Positions 60,816 to 64,000 of a DNA stretch of 64,000 nucleotides are shown here, piece by piece. Numbering within the stretch: position 1 is the stretch's first letter; each line of letters begins with the position of its first letter. The stretch lies in contig JAYGEG010000040.1 of the NCBI GenBank assembly GCA_046582495.1, forward strand, positions 4,388 to 68,387. The letters are read 5' to 3'. Both the position numbers and the translations under genes were made by a program. The notes beneath the pieces are model-generated. The model made no database searches and was not told the DNA's origin. It worked only from the letters and a program-made list of their open reading frames with translations. The DNA comes from Rhodospirillales bacterium. GTDB lineage: Bacteria > Pseudomonadota > Alphaproteobacteria > Rhodospirillales > UBA2165.

Positions 60816-61477
60816 TGCCCATGCCTAATTCGAAATTATCCCCTATTGAGACATTTTCAGAAACTATCGATGTTTCACGTGAAACACTCGACCGTTTGGG
60901 CATCTATGTTGATCTTCTCCAGAAATGGCAGAAACGTATTAATCTTGTTGGAGCTAAAACGCTCGATGATGTCTGGCACCGTCATATTCTCGATTCAGCT
61001 CAGTTGTTTTCACACATAAAAGACACTAAAGGCCGTCTGCTGGATTTAGGCAGTGGCGCGGGATTCCCAGGATTGGTGCTCTCAATTATGGGCGCGGCAG
61101 AAATAGCCTTGCTCGAATCCAATCAGAAAAAATGTAGCTTTTTGGGAGAGGTTATTCGCCGTACAGCCTGCGATGCTGAGGTTTTTCACGGCCGAATTGA
61201 AGATTATCCCGATAGCAAATCCGCAGATATTATAACCGCCCGCGCCCTGGCACCATTGGATGACTTGCTTAACTTGAGCGTTCCGCTCTTGGCCGATCAC
61301 GGAATCTGCTTGTTTTTAAAGGGCGAGACCTACGAACAAGAATTGACCGAGTGTCAAAAAAGGTGGAATATGAATGTTCAAATTCATCCGTCTCTTACAG
61401 CTCACAATAATAGTGCGGATGAGGCTTCTCCCGGGGTTTTGATTGAAATAAGGAACCTATCACGCCGTGATGGATAA
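60815..61477 (+). CDS. rsmG: 16S rRNA G527 N7-methyltransferase (GidB)
   Basis: WQKRINLV, RHILDSAQL, DLGSGAGFPG, ITARALAPL, FLKG. Confidence 0.96.
   Translation: MPMPNSKLSPIETFSETIDVSRETLDRLGIYVDLLQKWQKRINLVGAKTLDDVWHRHILDSAQLFSHIKDTKGRLLDLGSGAGFPGLVLSIMGAAEIALLESNQKKCSFLGEVIRRTACDAEVFHGRIEDYPDSKSADIITARALAPLDDLLNLSVPLLADHGICLFLKGETYEQELTECQKRWNMNVQIHPSLTAHNNSADEASPGVLIEIRNLSRRDG
60871..60886. other. parS site 3, inside the rsmG coding sequence
   Basis: TGTTTCACGTGAAACA, translated as (D)VSRET. Confidence 0.95.
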
Positions 61478-62291
61478 TAATGCACACACCGATCCCAGTG
61501 AATCGCTCAACCAGCGCCCGCGTATTATTGCGGTTGCCAATCAAAAAGGCGGCGTTGGCAAAACCACCACCACGATAAATTTGGCAACAGCTTTGGCAGC
61601 GGTGCGTAAACGCGTCATGGTATTGGATCTTGATCCACAAGGAAATGCTAGCACGGGGCTTGGAATTGAACAGTCAGAACGTAAGATTAACGCCTATCAT
61701 GTGATGATTGGTGAGGCCTCCTTGGATGAAGCCATTCTCGAAACGGCCATTCCTGGCCTTACCATTGTTTCTTCCGGCGTGGATTTATCTGGCGCTGAAA
61801 TTGAGTTGATCGAATTTGAAGATCGCTTGTTCAGATTAAAGACTGCTATAGGCAGCCATCTAGATGGATATGACTATGTTTTGATAGACTGCCCCCCGGC
61901 GTTGGGACTTTTAACTGTAAACGCCTTAAATGCGGCGGATGCTGTTTTGGTGCCGGTGCAATGTGAGTTCTTTGCCTTGGAAGGTGTTAGCCATTTGGTT
62001 AGGACCATCGACCGTATCAAAAAAGCCTATAATCCAGACCTTGAAATCCAGGGTATTGTCCTCACCATGTTTGATTCCCGCAACAATCTATCCGATGCGG
62101 TTGCAGCAGACGTTCGGGAGTTCTTTGGCGATATTGTTTATGACACGGTCATTCCCAGAAATGTCAGAGTGTCGGAAGCGCCCTCCCACGGCAAGCCGGT
62201 ATTGCTCTATGATACCGCTTGCGCCGGATCACAAGCCTATATTCATCTGGCGAGCGAAGTTCTGAAACGTGAAAAAATGTTGGCAGCATAA
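61467..62291 (+). CDS. parA: Chromosome partitioning ATPase ParA (Soj)
   Basis: ANQKGGVGKTTT, DLDPQGNASTGLG, IDCPPALG, PRNVRVSEAPSHG. Confidence 0.98.
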   Translation: MMDNNAHTDPSESLNQRPRIIAVANQKGGVGKTTTTINLATALAAVRKRVMVLDLDPQGNASTGLGIEQSERKINAYHVMIGEASLDEAILETAIPGLTIVSSGVDLSGAEIELIEFEDRLFRLKTAIGSHLDGYDYVLIDCPPALGLLTVNALNAADAVLVPVQCEFFALEGVSHLVRTIDRIKKAYNPDLEIQGIVLTMFDSRNNLSDAVAADVREFFGDIVYDTVIPRNVRVSEAPSHGKPVLLYDTACAGSQAYIHLASEVLKREKMLAA

Positions 62292-63463
62292 TGGTCAAAA
62301 AACCCACCAAAAGTAAATTGGGGAAAGGCCTCTCCGCATTGTTGGGGGGCGATGACGCGCCAAGTGTTGCAGGATCATCTAAGGCAGTTGCTGGTGCGGC
62401 GGCTTCATCCGGCGAACAAACCGCGCCAATCGAAAAATTGTATCCCGGCCGCTATCAGCCTCGCCAGATTTTTAGCGATCCCGAGATCGAGGAGCTTGCA
62501 GGGTCAATTCGCGAGCTCGGTATTCTCCAGCCAATATTGGTGCGGTCTCATCCCGATCATCCAGACGGCTATGAAATCATTGCTGGCGAGCGCCGCTGGC
62601 GTGCCGCACAATTGGCTCAGCTTCATGAAGTGCCGATTTTGCTGCGCGATTTTTCTGATGTTGAAGCCCTTGAAATTGGCCTGGTGGAAAACCTGCAGCG
62701 TGAAAATTTATCGGCTCTTGAAGAGGCCGAAGGCTATCAGCGCCTGGTCGATGAGTTCTCCCACACCCAAGAAGTCCTTGCTAAAATTTTGGGTAAAAGC
62801 CGAAGCCATGTTGCCAATATGATGCGGCTTTTAAATCTTCCTGATCCGATCAAAGACATGTTGCAATCAGGAGACCTGACAGCAGGCCATGCCCGGGCTT
62901 TGTTAAACGCAGAGGATCCCGTTGGGCTGGCTAAGAAAGTTGTAAGCCGCGGTTTGAACGTTCGCCAAACTGAGAAGCTTTGCCAAGCGCCAGATACGGC
63001 ATCAACTAAAAAAGCTTCTTCCAAGCTTGCGAAAGATGCCAACATCGTCGCGCTTGAACGCGACCTTTCAACATTGCTTGGCTTGACCGTTGATATTGAT
63101 TTCAAAGTATCCGGCGGCAAGCTCACCATCATCTATAAATCTTTGGAGCAGCTTGACGATATTCTTCACCGGCTCAGCGATGGCCGGCATGGTAAGGTGG
63201 GTGCCAATGATCCGAGCGAAATGCCGATCGAGGGAGACCTAGAAGCTGCCGGTCTGGCTGATCTTGCATCGGCTGATGAGGTCTCTGGCGAGGAAAGCAT
63301 AATTCCCGGCAGCGTTGATGATGCCATCGCTCAGCTTGAAGCTGGCGCGCAATTGGATGATGGCGAAGATACCGGCGAAGGTGAAATTGATCTCTCGGGA
63401 GATTTCAATTTGTCAGATGAAGACCTCACCAGCCTCATTGAAGATTTACCCGAAGAAAATTAG
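62291..63463 (+). CDS. parB: Chromosome partitioning protein ParB with a 94-aa acidic C-terminal extension
   Basis: QPRQIF, IIAGERRWRAAQ, ENLQRENL, HTQE.LA..LGKSRSHVAN.MRLL, GHARAL. Confidence 0.97.
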   Translation: MVKKPTKSKLGKGLSALLGGDDAPSVAGSSKAVAGAAASSGEQTAPIEKLYPGRYQPRQIFSDPEIEELAGSIRELGILQPILVRSHPDHPDGYEIIAGERRWRAAQLAQLHEVPILLRDFSDVEALEIGLVENLQRENLSALEEAEGYQRLVDEFSHTQEVLAKILGKSRSHVANMMRLLNLPDPIKDMLQSGDLTAGHARALLNAEDPVGLAKKVVSRGLNVRQTEKLCQAPDTASTKKASSKLAKDANIVALERDLSTLLGLTVDIDFKVSGGKLTIIYKSLEQLDDILHRLSDGRHGKVGANDPSEMPIEGDLEAAGLADLASADEVSGEESIIPGSVDDAIAQLEAGAQLDDGEDTGEGEIDLSGDFNLSDEDLTSLIEDLPEEN

Positions 63464-63481
63464 ATATTTCTAATATACAAA

Positions 63482-64000
63482 TTAGTGACGGGCGGCCTGG
63501 GATAGGCTCATCAAGGCGCGACCGCATATTGCCTCCGCAGGCAGGCCTGTTGACTTGCAATTTACTTCAGCCTCAGTCAAAACCGCCAAAGCCCGGTCGA
63601 TTTTTTCGCCCGGCCAACGATCTAATTGCCGCTTAAACCGATCCGTAAACAGAAATAAGATCGGCGGCTTTAACGCTTTCACCGCTTGGCCGGATGACTG
63701 GCCTTTTTTCATATATCCTGAAGCCAGATGAAGGCGTTGATAATGTCGTATTGCCGCCCGCACAACTTGGATCGGCGAGGTCCCTTCCACAAAGGCGCGG
63801 CTGAGATTAGTTTCTAAAGACTCGCGATTGCCATCGGCCACTGCATAAATAATTTCATCAATGGACAGAGCGCCATTGTCACCGACGGCAGCTATGGCAT
63901 CGTCCAACAGGATGTCAGTTTGATCGCCGGCATAGGTGACGAGCTTTTCTAATTCTCTTCGGGAGACCATCCGGTCCGAGCCCAGATTATTGATGAGATA
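63482..64000 (-). CDS. holA: DNA polymerase III delta subunit; 5' end beyond the window
   Basis: The frame is open to the window edge: YLINNLGSDRMVSRRELEKLVTYAG...PPILF...F..QL..W....I..AL..L.EAE...KST. Confidence 0.9.
   Translation of the reverse strand, partial: YLINNLGSDRMVSRRELEKLVTYAGDQTDILLDDAIAAVGDNGALSIDEIIYAVADGNRESLETNLSRAFVEGTSPIQVVRAAIRHYQRLHLASGYMKKGQSSGQAVKALKPPILFLFTDRFKRQLDRWPGEKIDRALAVLTEAEVNCKSTGLPAEAICGRALMSLSQAARH

Overview
Alphaproteobacterial chromosome segment, most consistent with a Rhodospirillales-type organism, that spans the replication origin. A candidate oriC lies between the DUF299/ppsR-maf-aroE-coaE-dnaQ operon and hemE-hemH-hemJ-rho. About 12 kb to its right is mnmE-mnmG-rsmG-parA-parB with three perfect parS palindromes. 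The rest is mostly housekeeping: hrcA-grpE-dnaK-dnaJ-dapB-nth, rph-rdgB-hemW, lpoA/rsmI-yraN-BON-gshB, his genes, hslVU, secB/fxsA, Tim44-mltA, lutABC, and a GT9/methyltransferase/ampG envelope cluster. I found no rRNA, tRNA, CRISPR array, integrase or transposase. The best hidden signals are not visible in the ORF track. (1) The alkyltransferase gene ogt is split just before its catalytic PCH motif by a 592-bp AT-rich insert. The insert is bounded by 7-bp direct repeats and carries a tiny ribbon-helix-helix-like gene behind a nested palindromic operator. (2) A sharp head-to-head junction fuses a 5'-truncated comM to a 5'-truncated orphan gene. (3) REP-like hairpins bracket a TauD gene. (4) A bactofilin operon includes a lipoprotein with a roughly 200-aa acidic tail. 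(5) ParB has a 94-aa acidic extension. (6) maf probably starts at CTG. All assignments come from motif recognition and manual translation; no database search was run. Start codons were adjusted by hand where the ORF track over-extends.
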